Positions 1 to 13,217 of a DNA stretch of 64,000 nt are shown piece after piece. Every line of letters begins with the position of its first letter. Within the stretch, counting starts at the first letter, position 1. A program made the translations under genes and the position numbers. This stretch comes from Octopus vulgaris (lineage: Eukaryota), in assembly GCA_951406725.2 (NCBI GenBank), contig OX597820.1:36270001-36334000 (forward strand), in the 5' to 3' direction. The notes beneath the pieces were generated by a model. It was not told the DNA's origin. It did not search any database and saw only the letters and a program-made list of their open reading frames with translations.

Positions 1-225
1 TCCTGCACCTAAAATAATATTCAGACAAATACATAACAAAGCCACCATGACTAACAAATATATATAACATACAGAAAATAGCACTACAAGGCACTGCACA
101 CATCCTATGTAAACCACTTTCAATACAGTAAAAATAAGAGCATCACAACAAACCACAGCACATACCCAAGGCACACAGAGTTGTACTTGGTAGTGCAGTG
201 AAAGTACATGATAAAAATAAGATTA

Positions 226-265
<40 letters not shown>

Positions 266-267
<2 letters not shown>

Positions 268-474
268 TGGAACGGCTCATGTACTGAGAAGAGCATTATC
301 ACTGTGAAAACAACATCCATTCATGAATTTATTTATTTATTAATTTTTTTAAATACATATTTTACCAGTGAATTTGCATTTGTAATCTGGGAATGCATAC
401 AATGAGCTTCTCTGCCCTAGGTGTATGGAAAATACTCGGCGAGAAACGGAAGAAAATTTGAAGAAAGAAGGAAA
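266..474 (+). mobile_element. Short 3' fragment of a Dong/R4-type RLE LINE (same family as 3613-5537)
   Basis: Encodes TGTAHVLRRALSL* plus a 3'UTR nearly identical to the reverse complement of ~3635-3840; flanked on both sides by (AAT)n. Confidence 0.85.
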
Positions 475-499
475 TAATAATAATAAAAATAATAATAAC

Positions 500-552
<53 letters not shown>

Positions 553-592
553 TAATAATAATAATAATGATAATAATAATGATGATAATAAA

Positions 593-636
<44 letters not shown>

Positions 637-650
637 TAATAATAATGATA
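475..650. repeat. (AAT)n microsatellite (LINE tail/target)
   Basis: Direct reading. Confidence 0.95.
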
Positions 651-2900
651 ACAGACAACAGCATATTCCCTAATGAACAGAAAGGATGTAAACGTGGATC
701 CTACGGCTGTAAAGACAAACTACTCATCAATAAGATGATCTTAGAAGATTGTTACAAACGACACCAAAACTTATCAATAGCCTGGATAGACTATAAAAAG
801 GCTTTTGATAGCCTACCACATGGCTGGATTAGGAAATGCCTGGAAATGTATAAGATAGCACCTACTCTGCGAAACTTCCTGACTGTAAGCATGAGATCAT
901 GGAGAACCACACTAACTCTGAACAGTGACAATGAATCCCTGCTGGTGATGTAAAAATTTCATGTGGCATTTTCCAGGGTGACTCACTGTCACCACTCCTC
1001 TTTTGTTTATCCTTAATACCTCTCTCAAAGCTGCTCAATGATGCGCAGTATGGGTATAAAATGTTTGATAAAAATATAAATCATCTCATTTACATGGATG
1101 ATTTAAAGCTTTTTGCAAAAAATGACCAACAACTCAAGGGCTTACTAGCGATAGTCAAACAATTCAGTGACGACATCAGAATGCAATTCGGCCTCGATAA
1201 ATGTGCAAAAGCTACCTTTATCAAAGGAAAAATGACAGAAACATTTAACGTTAACCTTGACCAGCAGAATGTCATAAAAGAACTAGACCCAGTGGAGAGC
1301 TACAAGTACCTAGGGGTAATTGAAGGGAACGGAATAAGGCATTCAGAGATGAAGGAAAGGATCAGGAGAGAATGCTATCGAAGAGTGAGAGCAATACTCA
1401 AGACAGAGCTGAATGCAAGAAACAGGATCAAAGCGATCAATGCATTAGCTATACCAGTCGTGACTTACAGTTTCAATATTGTTAACTGGTCAATTACTGA
1501 AATATGTCAGCTCGACAGAAAAATAAGGAAACTGTTGACAATGCATAGAATGCACCACCCTAAGGCAGATACAGAACGACTCTATCTGCCAAGAAAAGAG
1601 GGAGGCCGTGGTCTTTTACAACTGGCAATAACAATGAAGATTGCTACAATTGGCCTAGACACCTACCTGAAAAACTCTGAGGACTGGATGTTAAAACTTG
1701 TCTCAAAACATGAAAACAAGAAAGCATCATACTCAGTCACAAAACAGGCAAAGGAATATCTAAGTGAATTCCGAATACAACCAATTTCAGAATTAGAGAT
1801 AGACATACAAGAAACAAGCACAGAAAAAGCTAAGCGCATGAAAACCCATGCCAAAACTGCGGCATTAGATATTCTGAATAATAAATGGCAAGAAAAACCT
1901 CTCTATGGCAAATACCCAAAGAGAGCAAATAATGCAGATGTTGACAAAGCCCTGACCCATCAATGGCTAATGGCCTCTGGCTTAAAATCTGAAACAGAGG
2001 GGTTTATCATAGCAGCTCAAGATCAATGCCTACCAACAAGAAACTACCAGGCCAACAGAACGGCAGTAGCCCAACATGTCCTGTATGCCGACAACAAAAT
2101 GAAACCATTGATCATGTTGTCTCCAAATGCAGTCTTCTAGCGCCTACAGAGTACCTCAACAGACATGATAGAGCTGCACAATATATTCACTGGGTAATTT
2201 GCAAAAACCTGGATTTGCCCCATGAAAAAACTGGTGGGAACACAATCCACCTCCAGTGCTTGAAAATGACCACATCTCACTCCTCTGGAACTTCACCATT
2301 CAAACTGACAGGAAGATAGATGCAAATAGGCCAGACATCATATTGAAAGACTTCAGACAAAGAACATGCCTCCTCATTGATATGACTGTCCCAATCGATA
2401 TAAACGTATCTGTCAAGACCTACCAAAAACTGAGCAAATATAAAGATCTTGAAATAGAAATCAGCAAAATGTGGAAGCTGAAGACTAAAACAATACCTGT
2501 TGTCATAGGTGCCCTGGGAATGATAGCGAAAGGGACTAATTGCTACCTAACTCAGATACCAGGAAACCCCAAAATGGCAGAAATTCAAAAGATAGTGCTC
2601 ATGGGAACTGCTCATATCCTACGCAAAATACTCTCTATGTAATCCCAAGGTTTGAAACAAACTTTTTTTAAAAATTTATTTATTTATTTATTTTATTTTA
2701 TTTTATTTTATTTTATTTTATTTATTTATTTATTTTTTAAATTTTATTTTTATGTATTTGACATTCACTAGTACAACACCAAAAAAAAAAAAAAAAAAAC
2801 CAAATATATGGCACAGAACTTCCAACCTGTTGTCTCTTGAGGTCTCTGGGTGAGACTTGGAGCCAACTTGTACAGACATAAAGCAAAAGTCAAACATAGA
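648..2900 (+). mobile_element. 5'-truncated, frameshifted Dong/R4-clade non-LTR retrotransposon (RT + CCHC + restriction-like endonuclease)
   Basis: ORFs 549-953, 1061-2140, 2026-2319 and 2256-2642 give [32 protein letters not shown] and RPDII..IDMTVP..KLSKY; begins in (AAT)n and ends in an (AAT/GAT)n tail at 2901-3015. Confidence 0.92.
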
Positions 2901-2903
2901 ATG

Positions 2904-2995
<92 letters not shown>

Positions 2996-3251
2996 AATAA
3001 TAATAATAATAATAACACTGTAATATACTTTTTATGTATCATTTATTGACATTTCTGGCAGCTTTTCAATATGATTTATTATATATTTATTTGTCTTCTT
3101 TCAAGATAAATTCACATAATTTCCATGTGGCTATGCAAAGAAGAAACACAGAAGAGGAACAATACACAAAAAGAACATTTCATATGTTTTAGCTGAATAG
3201 AAAAAAATATATTTTCATGCTTTTAGGCTGACTTGAATATTATGGTGACTG

Positions 3252-3380
3252 CATTAACATGTTCATTACATTAACAACTCATTAACATGTTGACCACATT
3301 AACATGGTTACAACATTAACATGTTCACTACATTAGCATGTTGACTACATGTTCACTACATTAGCATGTTGGCTATATCA
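3252..3380. repeat. Degenerate ~19-bp minisatellite (cattaacatgttgactaca-like, ~7 units)
   Basis: Direct reading. Confidence 0.7.
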
Positions 3381-3612
3381 ACATAGCTCAAAGACGTTGC
3401 CTTCATTAAACACATATGCAATGGGTTTTGGTAGGCAGCATTGATTCTGTAACAATTCTGTAAATAACAACTCTGGAAAAAAGTAGGATTCTTATATGCG
3501 TGGGACAAGAACCCTACTTTTGTTCCATTGAGGGCTTATATACCCCAATATTAGACTATTTTCTTTAGTCATTGCATGGTGATTACTTATAAGCTTTAAG
3601 CATATAAAAAAA

Positions 3613-5536
3613 TATTATTATTATTATTATTTTTTTCCTTCTTTCTTCAAATTTTCTTCCGTTTCTCGCCGAGTGTTTTCCATACACCTAGGGCAGAGAA
3701 GGGCATTGTATGCATTCCCAGATTACATGCACAAATTCACAGATAAAATATGTATTTAAAAATTAATAAATAAATAAATTCATGGATGGATGTTATTTTC
3801 ACAGCGATAGTGCTCTTCTCAGTACATGAGCCGTTCCAGTTAATATGATTTTTTGCACTTCCTGTAGGGATGGTGAGCCTGGAATCATTTTCAAATAGGT
3901 TTCAGTACCTTTTTTTATCATTCCTAGAGATCCTGCAATCACTGGTACTGTAGTCGCCTTGAGATGCCATATTTTTAAAATTTCTGTTAGCAGGTCTTTA
4001 TATTTACTAATCTTGTCAAATTCTTTCGCCGCTATATTGTGATCACAGGGAATACTCATGTCAATTAATAAACACATCCTTTTTGTCTGATCTTTTATAA
4101 TAATATCCGGTTTATTAGCTTTTATAGTCTTGTTGGTCTGCACGGGGAAGTCCCATAGGATCGACACATTTTCTCCCTCAGTCACAGCTTCAGGATGATG
4201 TTTATACCATTTGTCAGCAGTTTTGATTTTATAATGCTGACATATTGTCCAATGTAAATACTGGCCGACTCTGTCATGTCTTGCTTTATATTCTGCAGGT
4301 GCTAAGACTCTACACCCTGAGATTAGGTGGTCTATTGTTTCAATCTCATTGTTACAGAATCGGCATTTTGGGTCAGCTCCATTTTTCATCACATTGGCTT
4401 GATAGTTCCGGGTTAATAAGCTTTGGTCTTGAGCAGCTAATATGAAACCTTCACTCTCTGCTTTTAGTCCTGAGATTCGTAACCATTGGTGCATGTGTTT
4501 CTGGTCGACATCAGCTTGTTTGCTACGGGGCACATACTTGCCATGGAGAGGTTTCTGTTCCCATCTGCTAGCTAAATTTTCATGTGCTTTTGTCTTTGCA
4601 ATTAATTTTATTTTCTTTGCAGCTGCAGTTGGCGTATTTCCTTCAGCCTGATCAATCTGGTGGGTATCTAAGAGATCAGCAGCGAATTTTTTGCTCTCTT
4701 TGAGAATAGAGTGAAGTCTTTTCAGTCTTTCATGTTTTTCAACAAGTTTTAGCATCCAATCGTTGGTTGCTTCAAGGTATTTGGCCTGTCCGATTGTGGT
4801 GGTTTTGTATGTAAGTTCAAGCTGGATCAAACCTCGACCTCCCTGAGCTCCGGGAAGGTAAAGGCGATCCACGTCTGCCTTTGGATGGTGCATCGTATTA
4901 CAAGTCAGTAGCTTGTGGATTTTTCTGTCAATTTTCATTATTTCACTGGTATTCCAGTTAAGCACATTGAAGCTATATAGAACAACTGGTACTGCTAAGG
5001 AATTTATGGCTAACACCTTATTATATGCATTCAGCTCAGACTTCAGGACTGCTTGAACTCGTCTATAACATTCTTTCCTAACCTCCTCTTTCATGCTTGC
5101 ATGCTGGATACCAGAGCCTTCATTTATTCCTAGGTATTTATAGGTTTGTTCCTGCTCAAGTTCCTTTATTACTATTTCGACATCTAATTCGATTGAACAA
5201 GACTACCAATTTCCCTTTCTTAAAAGTGGCTTTGGCACACTTTTCAAGGCCAAACTCCATCCCGATATCATCACTGAATCCTTTTACAGTATGTAATAAT
5301 CCTTCAAGCTCTTCATCATCTTTGCCATATAGCTTTAAGTCATCCATATAAAATAGATGGCTTATTTTTCTGTTGTCAATTTTGTAGCCATATCCTGTCT
5401 ATTCAGTTCACTTGAGAGTGGTATTAGTGCTTTTTGTAGCCATATCCTGTTCTATTCAGTTCACTTGAGAGTGGTATTAGTGCTTTTTGTAGCCATATCC
5501 TGTTCTATTCAGTTCACTTGAGAGTGGTATTAGTGC

Positions 5537-5537
<1 letters not shown>
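3613..5537 (-). mobile_element. 5'-truncated Dong/R4-clade RLE LINE, second family
   Basis: Minus ORFs 5156-5347 (YMDDLK) and 3799-5094 (GGRGL, CRFC..ETIDH..C, RHD, KPDII..IDMSIP); (TAA)n at both ends. Confidence 0.92.
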
Positions 5538-5590
<53 letters not shown>

Positions 5591-5723
5591 CATTATATAT
5601 ATATATATAAATGTGTATATATGTAATATGTGTGTTTGTATTCACAATTATATGTGTCTGTGTCATTACGCACTCATACATACACCATGTGTTTGTGCAT
5701 GCATGTCTATTATACATGGTATA

Positions 5724-7316
5724 CAGTTGCAGCCAAAATGTTCAGAACGGCATTGTTTTTGTCAGAAAAGTAGGTATAAGTTTTTATTAAAGTTGTTTTA
5801 TATTCTATAATTTTTACAGACAATAAATACGATATTAATTGGTATTGTCCGAGATTTTGGTGTAATTTGAGTAGATAATACAAAAGTTATGGATGATATA
5901 GTGATTTACTGCAAAACCCATGGTGGCCAAAATGATCAGAACGGTTGAAAAAATAACAAAATAATCAAAAAGTGACAGAGAATGCTGGAATTATTTCATA
6001 TTTAGTGTGAAGCCCTTTAGCTTCAATCAAAGTTTGACATTTTCGACTGCATGGGGAAATTAAATTTTCAATTTCTTGCTGGGTGATCTTATTCCATTCT
6101 TCCTGAAGGGCATTCCATAATTGCTCAGTTGTTTTAGGATTTCTGGCTTTCAAACGTTCTCCTAGAATATTCCACACATTTTCAATAGGATTGAGGTCTG
6201 GGCTTTGAGAAGGCCAATCCATAACAATAACCTTTTCAGCCTTGAGGAAGTTCATGACCACTTTAGCCTTGTGACATGGGGCATTGTCCTGCTGAATTTC
6301 TCAGCACAGGCAAGACATGATCTTTTACAAGTTGTTTATAAACTCCTGCATTTACCTTTCCATGTAATCGCAGCAAAGGGCCCACAACATCTCCAGATAT
6401 CATCCCCCAAACTATGACACTTCCTCCACCGAACTTAACACTAGTTTTAAGGCATTTAGGTGACAATTTTTCACCTGCTTTTCGATGAACATACCTTTTC
6501 CCATCTGAGCCAAATAACATAGACTTAGATTCATCACTGAAATGCACCGTTTGCCATTTTTCTTGAGACCACAACACATGTTCGGTTGCAAAGGTAAGAC
6601 GACACTTTTTATTCTTGGAGCTGATCAGTGGCTTCACTGCAGGTGCTCTTGCTTGTAGGTCATGTTCAACTAAACGACGAGACACAGTTTTTCGAGATAA
6701 AGTTTTCTTCAGTACAATGCTCATTTCCCGAAAAACAGCAGCAGCAGTTTTAAATCTGTCCTTTTTAACCAACTTTACCATAGCACGATATTCTCTCTTG
6801 GTCGTTTTTCTTGGCCTACCTGTAGATTTTCTTGCTTCACACGAACCACAATCATCGTAGACCTTAAGAATACTGTGAACAACACTTTTTGACTTGTTAA
6901 CAATCTTTGCAATAGACCTAATACTTAAATTATCCTTCTTTCGAAGCTTAATAATCTGCTGACGAATTGGTAACGGAGTAAGTGGCATTATATTAACAAA
7001 GTGCACTGCAGATATTCTTACTAATGTTTAGTAAACGAACTGTCATGTAAACAAATTCAAAACATTAGAGTTCGACGGTTAAATATTCTAAAACATGAGT
7101 AAAAGCAACCGTTCTGATCATTTTGGCCACCATGGGTTTTGCAGTAAATCACTATATCATCCATAACTTTTGTATTATCCACTCAAATTACACCAAAATC
7201 TCAGACAATAACAAATAATATTGTATTTATTGTCTAATATAAAACAACTTTGATAAAAACTTATATCTACTTTTCTTACGAAAACAATGCCGTTCTGAAC
7301 ATTTTGGTCGCAACTG
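5724..7316 (-). mobile_element. Tc1-family DNA transposon (DD34E) with ~220-bp TIRs, TA-flanked
   Basis: TA|CAGTTGCAGCCAAAATGTTCAGAACGG ... CCGTTCTGAACATTTTGGTCGCAACTG|TA; TIRs ~5724-5946 and ~7088-7316. Confidence 0.93.
5965..6988 (-). pseudogene. Frameshifted Tc1 transposase
   Basis: HTH, GRPRKT, FSDES, QDNAPCH (shifted frame), WPSQSPDLNPIE; 34 residues between the second D and E. Confidence 0.9.
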
Positions 7317-7867
7317 TATATCAACATATACAATACATATATATACAAACATTTATTGTCAGTCAAAAACAAACACGCACAATATAAAACAGAAATGAAC
7401 AGGCAGCTGTACCTTTAGCATGAGAAGTGGTGGGGTGGCAAAACGTGAGGAAAAAGGTGAGAACTATTAAGACAGTCTGAAAAAGAAAATATATTTCAGA
7501 TGACTTCGTCGTCACAGATACATAAAAACAACCATCCATCCATACATACATATAAAACGCATAAATGTGGCCATGCACACACACACATACACACACACAC
7601 GCACACTCACACACAAATATATATATCTTTTATCGTTTACCTTTTACTTGCTTCAGTTAATAGACTGCGGCCATCTGGGTTACCATCTTGAAGAATTTTT
7701 AGTCAAATGAATCAACCTCAGTACTTAATTTTGTTAAGCCTGGTACTTATTCTACTGATATCTTTTGCTGAACCACTAAACTATGGGAATGTAAACACAC
7801 CAATCCTGGTTGTCAAGCAGTGTAGGAGACAAACACAGACATGAAGACACACAAACATGCATATATA

Positions 7868-8134
<267 letters not shown>

Positions 8135-8135
8135 G

Positions 8136-8420
8136 TGGAAGCGTAATGGCCCAGTAGTTAGGGCAGCGGACTCGTGGTTTCGATTCCCAGACCGGGCGTT
8201 GTGTGTGTTTATTGAGCAAAAACAGCTAAAAGCTCCACAAGGCTCTGGCACGGGGTGGTGATCCCTGCTGTACTCTTTCACCACTCTTTCTCTCACTTTC
8301 TTCTGTTGGCCTGCTCGTTTAGCCAGTGGGGTGGCATCGTTCGAAGGCTAAAACAATGCGAACGCATTGTGACCAGTGATGTGTAGCATCATCTGATGGT
8401 CTGGTCAGTCACGTGATCAC
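8136..8420 (+). mobile_element. tRNA-derived SINE (family B)
   Basis: A box TGGCCCAGTAGTTAGG, B box TTCGATTCCC; related copies at 24247-24505 (+) and 12303-12692 (-). Confidence 0.75.
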
Positions 8421-8802
8421 GTGATCATGTGATATATATATACACATATATATATGATGGGGTTCTTTCAGTTTCCATCTATCAAATCCACTCACAAGGG
8501 TTTAGTCAACCTGAGGCAACAGTAGAAGACACTTATCCAAGATGCCATACAGTTGGACTGAATCCAGGCAAGCTTCTTACCACACAGCCACATCTGCACC
8601 TATGTACATGATGTACACAATGAGTATATAGGAATAAATTATTCAGGTGGGTACATTAAAGCTTTCAGATAAATTCTAGGTTCTGATTAACCACACCAAG
8701 TTGAAAGAAGCACCAAGGATTGCTTAGGGTGGGCAATCCACAGCAATTCTTCTGATGGGTTAATCAAGTTTGCTTCGCTGGATTATGAATATTTTAAGGA
8801 GT

Positions 8803-9048
8803 ATAAATCCAAAACAATGGCAAAGAATATGGAGAATGGTACATCTTCAAATTTTCCTTTTGATTTAACAGTTAATTATTCAGCAGTTAATTATTTAACA
8901 GTTAATGACTGGCACATATTTCAGCTGCAAAGAGTATCTGAAGTTGCATATGAACTAACTAATTATGCTATATAATTAACTGTTAAATTAAAAGAAAAAT
9001 TAGAAGCTGTACTAGTTTCTGTATTCGCTGTAATTGTTTTGGATTTAT
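8803..9048. repeat. Imperfect fold-back (inverted repeat) element
   Basis: ~8803-8880 is the reverse complement of ~8970-9048. Confidence 0.7.
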
Positions 9049-9244
9049 ATATATATATATATATATAACACTGGTGGTGTGGAATTTGATTGATTAATCT
9101 GAATGCTAAAGAGTTAAAAATAATACTAGGGTAAATTTACTTAAATGAATTCTAAAAGGCAATGCCCAGAATGGTTGCAGTTCCAATGGCTGAAATGAAT
9201 AAAAAATAAAACATAAAAGTAAGATCTGCATAAATTTATACATG

Positions 9245-9630
9245 TATGCCAATCTCTAACTGTAGAGGGAACTTGTGGAAGAAGTAGACCCAGGAAGACA
9301 TGGGACAACGTAGTGAAGCATGATCTTTGGAGGTTGAGTCTCATGGACGTTATGACAAATGATAGAGACCTTAAGTGATTTGCGGTGCTTGAGAAGACAC
9401 ATCAAGCTGAGTGAAGTCATAGTCATGGTCAGTGACATGTAAAAGGCACTCATGCTGGTGATACATAAAGGGCATCCAGCTGTAGAAACCAGGCTGGGGC
9501 CTGGTACAGCTCTCCAGCTTACCAGTCCTAGTCAAACCATCTAGTCCATGCCAGTATGGAAAACAGACATTAAATGATGATGAAGATGATGGTGATGATG
9601 ATGAAGATGATGGCAATGATGATGATGATG
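9245..9630 (+). mobile_element. RTE LINE 3' remnant
   Basis: CQSLTVEGTCGRSRPRKTWDNVVKHDL matches the ORF end of the RTE at 43604; (GAT)n tail. Confidence 0.8.
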
Positions 9631-9738
9631 TATAGTAGTAACATGCCAAGATACTTGTATGATAAAATGCCACTTGGGTCTATGTAGGTATGTATAGATT
9701 TACATAGATATTGCATAATTTATCATACATAATTGTAT

Positions 9739-10025
9739 CTAGTCATCTTGGGGTGGGGGTGGGTTTGTTTTGTGAGTCCGCAGATGGCTAGTGAGGCTAA
9801 TCTGTGCCCGAAAGAGTCTTTGACAGTGTGGACAGGGAATGGTAGCGCCTGCTACAGGGTTATTAGCTCTGTTCTTCCTGGCTTGTCTGCGGTCTTCTGC
9901 AGTAGTGATCCTATTGGTCTCGCATGTGTTGGCACCCTCATGGACAGCTGATCGGCACCCTTCTCTGTCTAGAGCAGACTGCTCCCAAGTGTCATGGTTG
10001 ATGTTGAAGGCTTTCAAAACAGAAT
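9739..10025 (-). mobile_element. RTE/BovB-like LINE C-terminal remnant
   Basis: WEQSALDR...CPHCQRLF..LTSHLRTH, a C2H2 finger typical of RTE ORF ends. Confidence 0.75.
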
Positions 10026-10278
10026 GGTAATGAAACAATTGTAACAAGTATTAAAATAGTGCTGCATTTATATCATAATCCTCATCATCATCATTATCAT
10101 TTAACCTGCATGGCTTAGCAGATTTGTCAGGACCTAATAGGTCTGAGAAAACAGCATTGAGAGCCAATAATGAGCTAGACTTATGCAAAACACCTTGAAA
10201 TATTGCAGAACTAAACAGCCTCCATTCAGCAGTTATTCACCATTTGCACCACTTTGTTATAATGTATGTAAGTACATG

Positions 10279-10299
<21 letters not shown>

Positions 10300-10309
<10 letters not shown>

Positions 10310-10670
10310 AATCCAGAGAATGGAAAAATGGAAAAGTAGCATTAATATAATTTATTAACTGCAAAAATTCAACATGTTCACTTACACCTATTTCAATTTT
10401 GCCCAAAAGAATTAAATTCCAGTAATTAAAACATTTTAACATTTTATTGGGTAAAATATGTTGAGATGTTTTGAATAATAATATGTAATAACCTAACTAT
10501 ATGTCATTTTTACTCCTCTGACAAGATTTTGCCCAATAAAATGTTTTAATAATTGGAATTTAATTCCTTTGGGAAAAATTGAAACAGCTGTAAGTGAACA
10601 TGTTGAATTTTTGCAGTTAATAAATTGTATTAACACTACTTCTCCATTTTCTGGGTTTCAGTTTGAATAT
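10300..10670. mobile_element. Fold-back element with a degenerate long-stem-II hammerhead-like motif (10514-10596, +)
   Basis: Arms ~10300-10465 and ~10520-10670; CTGACAA, stem GATTTTGCCCAA/TTGGGAAAAATT, then GAAA-CAGCTG-TA. Confidence 0.6.
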
Positions 10671-11400
10671 ATATATAAACCAAGATTTATATTTAAGCCT
10701 ATTATTTTAGGAACATTTCTATTCCCAACAAAATAATAGGAAACAAACCAATAATTCATTGGATATTTTCTATCACTACAGGTGGTTATTTTAACCTCTA
10801 TTTAAATTTATATATATGTAGGTAGGTAGATAGGTATGTAGATAGATAGGTAGACTTTTAGATAAACAGACAGACAATCAGACAGACGGACGGACAGACA
10901 AACAGACAGATAGATTGATAGATAGAATTTAGACAAATGCATGGTATGAGGAAGTATTTGCAAATAAGTAGATATAGCTAGCTAGAGAGATAGGGAGAAA
11001 AATGAATGAGAGTGAGCAAGAGAGAGCAAGAGAAGGACAGACAAATATAAAATTTAAAAGAAAGAAAGATAGAAAAAAGATTAGCTTGTCCATAGATGAA
11101 AGACAGACAGACTGACTGACATGTATGAAGAGATCAACTTAAAAAAATAAAAACCTGTTAAACGAGTTTTTCCAATATTTTTTTTTCTTTTCTTACTTCC
11201 CCACCACACCCTTACAGCCATATCTTGTTGGGTATGCACTTACAGAAATGTGTGAGTAACCATCGCCTTTACTGTATTTCATAGTGTCTTTTAATGAGTA
11301 AGTTTACAGGGTAGACATCCAACGCACCTCCTCATACACTAGAGCGGAAGAAAGCCTAACCACAATTTGACAGGTAATCAAGTAACCCCCTTCCTCTGAA

Positions 11401-12000
11401 ATGTTCGGGCGTTCAGCATATACATTTACAAATCAAGAGCAGTCTTCAAAACAGACTGACAATAACCAAGAGGAGAACATGAAGAGCGTATCTGCTATGG
11501 CAACCTCTACAGAAAAGGAACGTGAGGGTGCACTAACAGCTTGGACACCAGAGTGGTCAACTGAATCAGTGGATCTGAAGGACTTTCAAGCAAAAAACTT
11601 TGTCCCTAATTTTGTGAAAGTAACCAAGGGTCAATACATGAATATTAGTCAGTCCCGGTTTTCACTACAGAAATCTCACAATCAGCTCTATATCCACAGT
11701 TTTGAAAGTTGTATAAAAGTGTTATCTCACAGTGTACAAAGGGTGACTGAAAACCAGCCCACAAGACCATACAAACAACGGATATCCAACAAAAAGCTAC
11801 TTGCCTTGCAACAACGGCTTGCTATCCCAATTGGTTATGAAGGATGGTTTGAAATCCTATCAGAGGATGGCAGAGGATCTCGTCCCATTGAAACTGTTCA
11901 GGAACTTGCAAAGGTATTTCCAGAAAAATGTCTAGTGCGCCAGGATATTGTTGCATACGGTACTAATGAAGATGGCAAACTTAGCGGTAATGTTACTAAG
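11401..12000 (+). CDS. Coding exon 1 of a CABIT-domain adaptor protein (GAREM/Themis/Serrano-like)
   Basis: 200 non-repetitive codons; motifs PNFVKVTKG, IPIGYEGWFEIL, ETVQELAKVFP; ends at donor AAG|GTATGT, phase 0; upstream in-frame TAA at 11383. Confidence 0.8.
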
Positions 12001-12117
12001 GTATGTCAAAAAAAATTTAATTTAAGTTTCTCTTGGATATTGACAGAAAACCCTGATGTACCTTGTTTGTTGTCTTATTCACCCATTCAACTGTTTGCTC
12101 TTCTGTCTATCTATTTG

Positions 12118-12191
<74 letters not shown>

Positions 12192-12229
12192 GAGATGCAT
12201 TCTACTTACCTGTCTACCTACCTATATGT

Positions 12230-12277
<48 letters not shown>

Positions 12278-12302
12278 ATATATTATATAATATATGCATA
12301 CC

Positions 12303-12692
12303 ACACTGGGAAGCACTCCGTCGGTTACGACGATGAGGGTTCCGGTTCATCTGAATCAACGGAAGAGCCTGCTCGTGAAATTAACGTGTAAGTGGCTGAG
12401 CACTCCACAGACACGTGCACCCTTAACGTAGTTCTCAGGGATATTCAGCATGACACAGAGAGTGACAAGGCCGGCCCCTTGAAATACAGGTACAACAGAA
12501 ACAGGAAGTAAGAGCGAGAGAAAGTTGTGGTGAAAGAGTACAGCAGGGATCACCACCATCCCCTGCCGGAGCCTCGTGGAGCTTTTAGGTGTTTTCGCTC
12601 AATAAACACTCACAACGCCCGGTCTGGGAATCAAAACCACGATCCTACGACCGCGAGTCCACTGCCCTAACCACTGGGTCATTTCACCTCCA
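12303..12692 (-). mobile_element. tRNA-derived SINE, family B head with a different tail
   Basis: Reverse complement of 12510-12692 matches the head at 8136-8295; 12303-12500 differs from the 8300-8420 tail. Confidence 0.7.
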
Positions 12693-12756
12693 TGCATACC
12701 ACACTAATACACATACAGCACATAGACAGACGCACATAAACACATAATACACATAT

Positions 12757-12995
12757 TTTAAATATTTCTTTTTTTTTTTAAGCCAAAACAACGCAGGTTA
12801 AAAAATTAAAATAAAGGTCAACGGTTAGTATTACTTGTTATTTCAATATTTCAGAGTTAGAGCCTCTTCTTCAAAAAATCTATCTTTTCTGTGTAGATTT
12901 CCTAATACCAGGTAATAGTACCAACCTTCAACCTATCTTTTGATTTTTTTTTAACTTGCATTGTTTTGGCTTTAAGAAAAAAAAAATCTTTAAAA
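12757..12995. mobile_element. Fold-back element with a hammerhead motif in the loop
   Basis: Arms 12757-12843 and 12904-12995. Confidence 0.7.
12840..12879 (-). ncRNA. Minimal type-I hammerhead ribozyme motif (probably degenerate)
   Basis: atttt-TTGAAGA-AGAG gctctaa CTCT-GAAA-TATT-gaaat; palindromic AATATT stem III. Confidence 0.6.
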
Positions 12996-13108
12996 CATTT
13001 CTATACAAGAGAGTATGCTTCATATAAGTATATATATGAGAGTATGTAGGTATGTGTGTATGTATGTACATATGTGTATGTGTGTATATATGCATATATG
13101 TATGAATG

Positions 13109-13150
<42 letters not shown>

Positions 13151-13173
13151 TATGTATATATGTATATGTAATG

Positions 13174-13217
<44 letters not shown>

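Noticed and set aside
8700-8752. GGATTGC/GCAATCC hairpin beside the 8803-9048 fold-back as a ribozyme
   Set aside because: No recognisable core on either strand
11218-11251. Possible small 5'UTR exon (TTACAG acceptor, GTGAGT donor)
   Set aside because: Splice signals alone are insufficient without transcript data
12001-12336. C-terminal part of ORF 11401-12336 as coding
   Set aside because: Runs past a strong splice donor into (CTAT)n and (TA)n repeats
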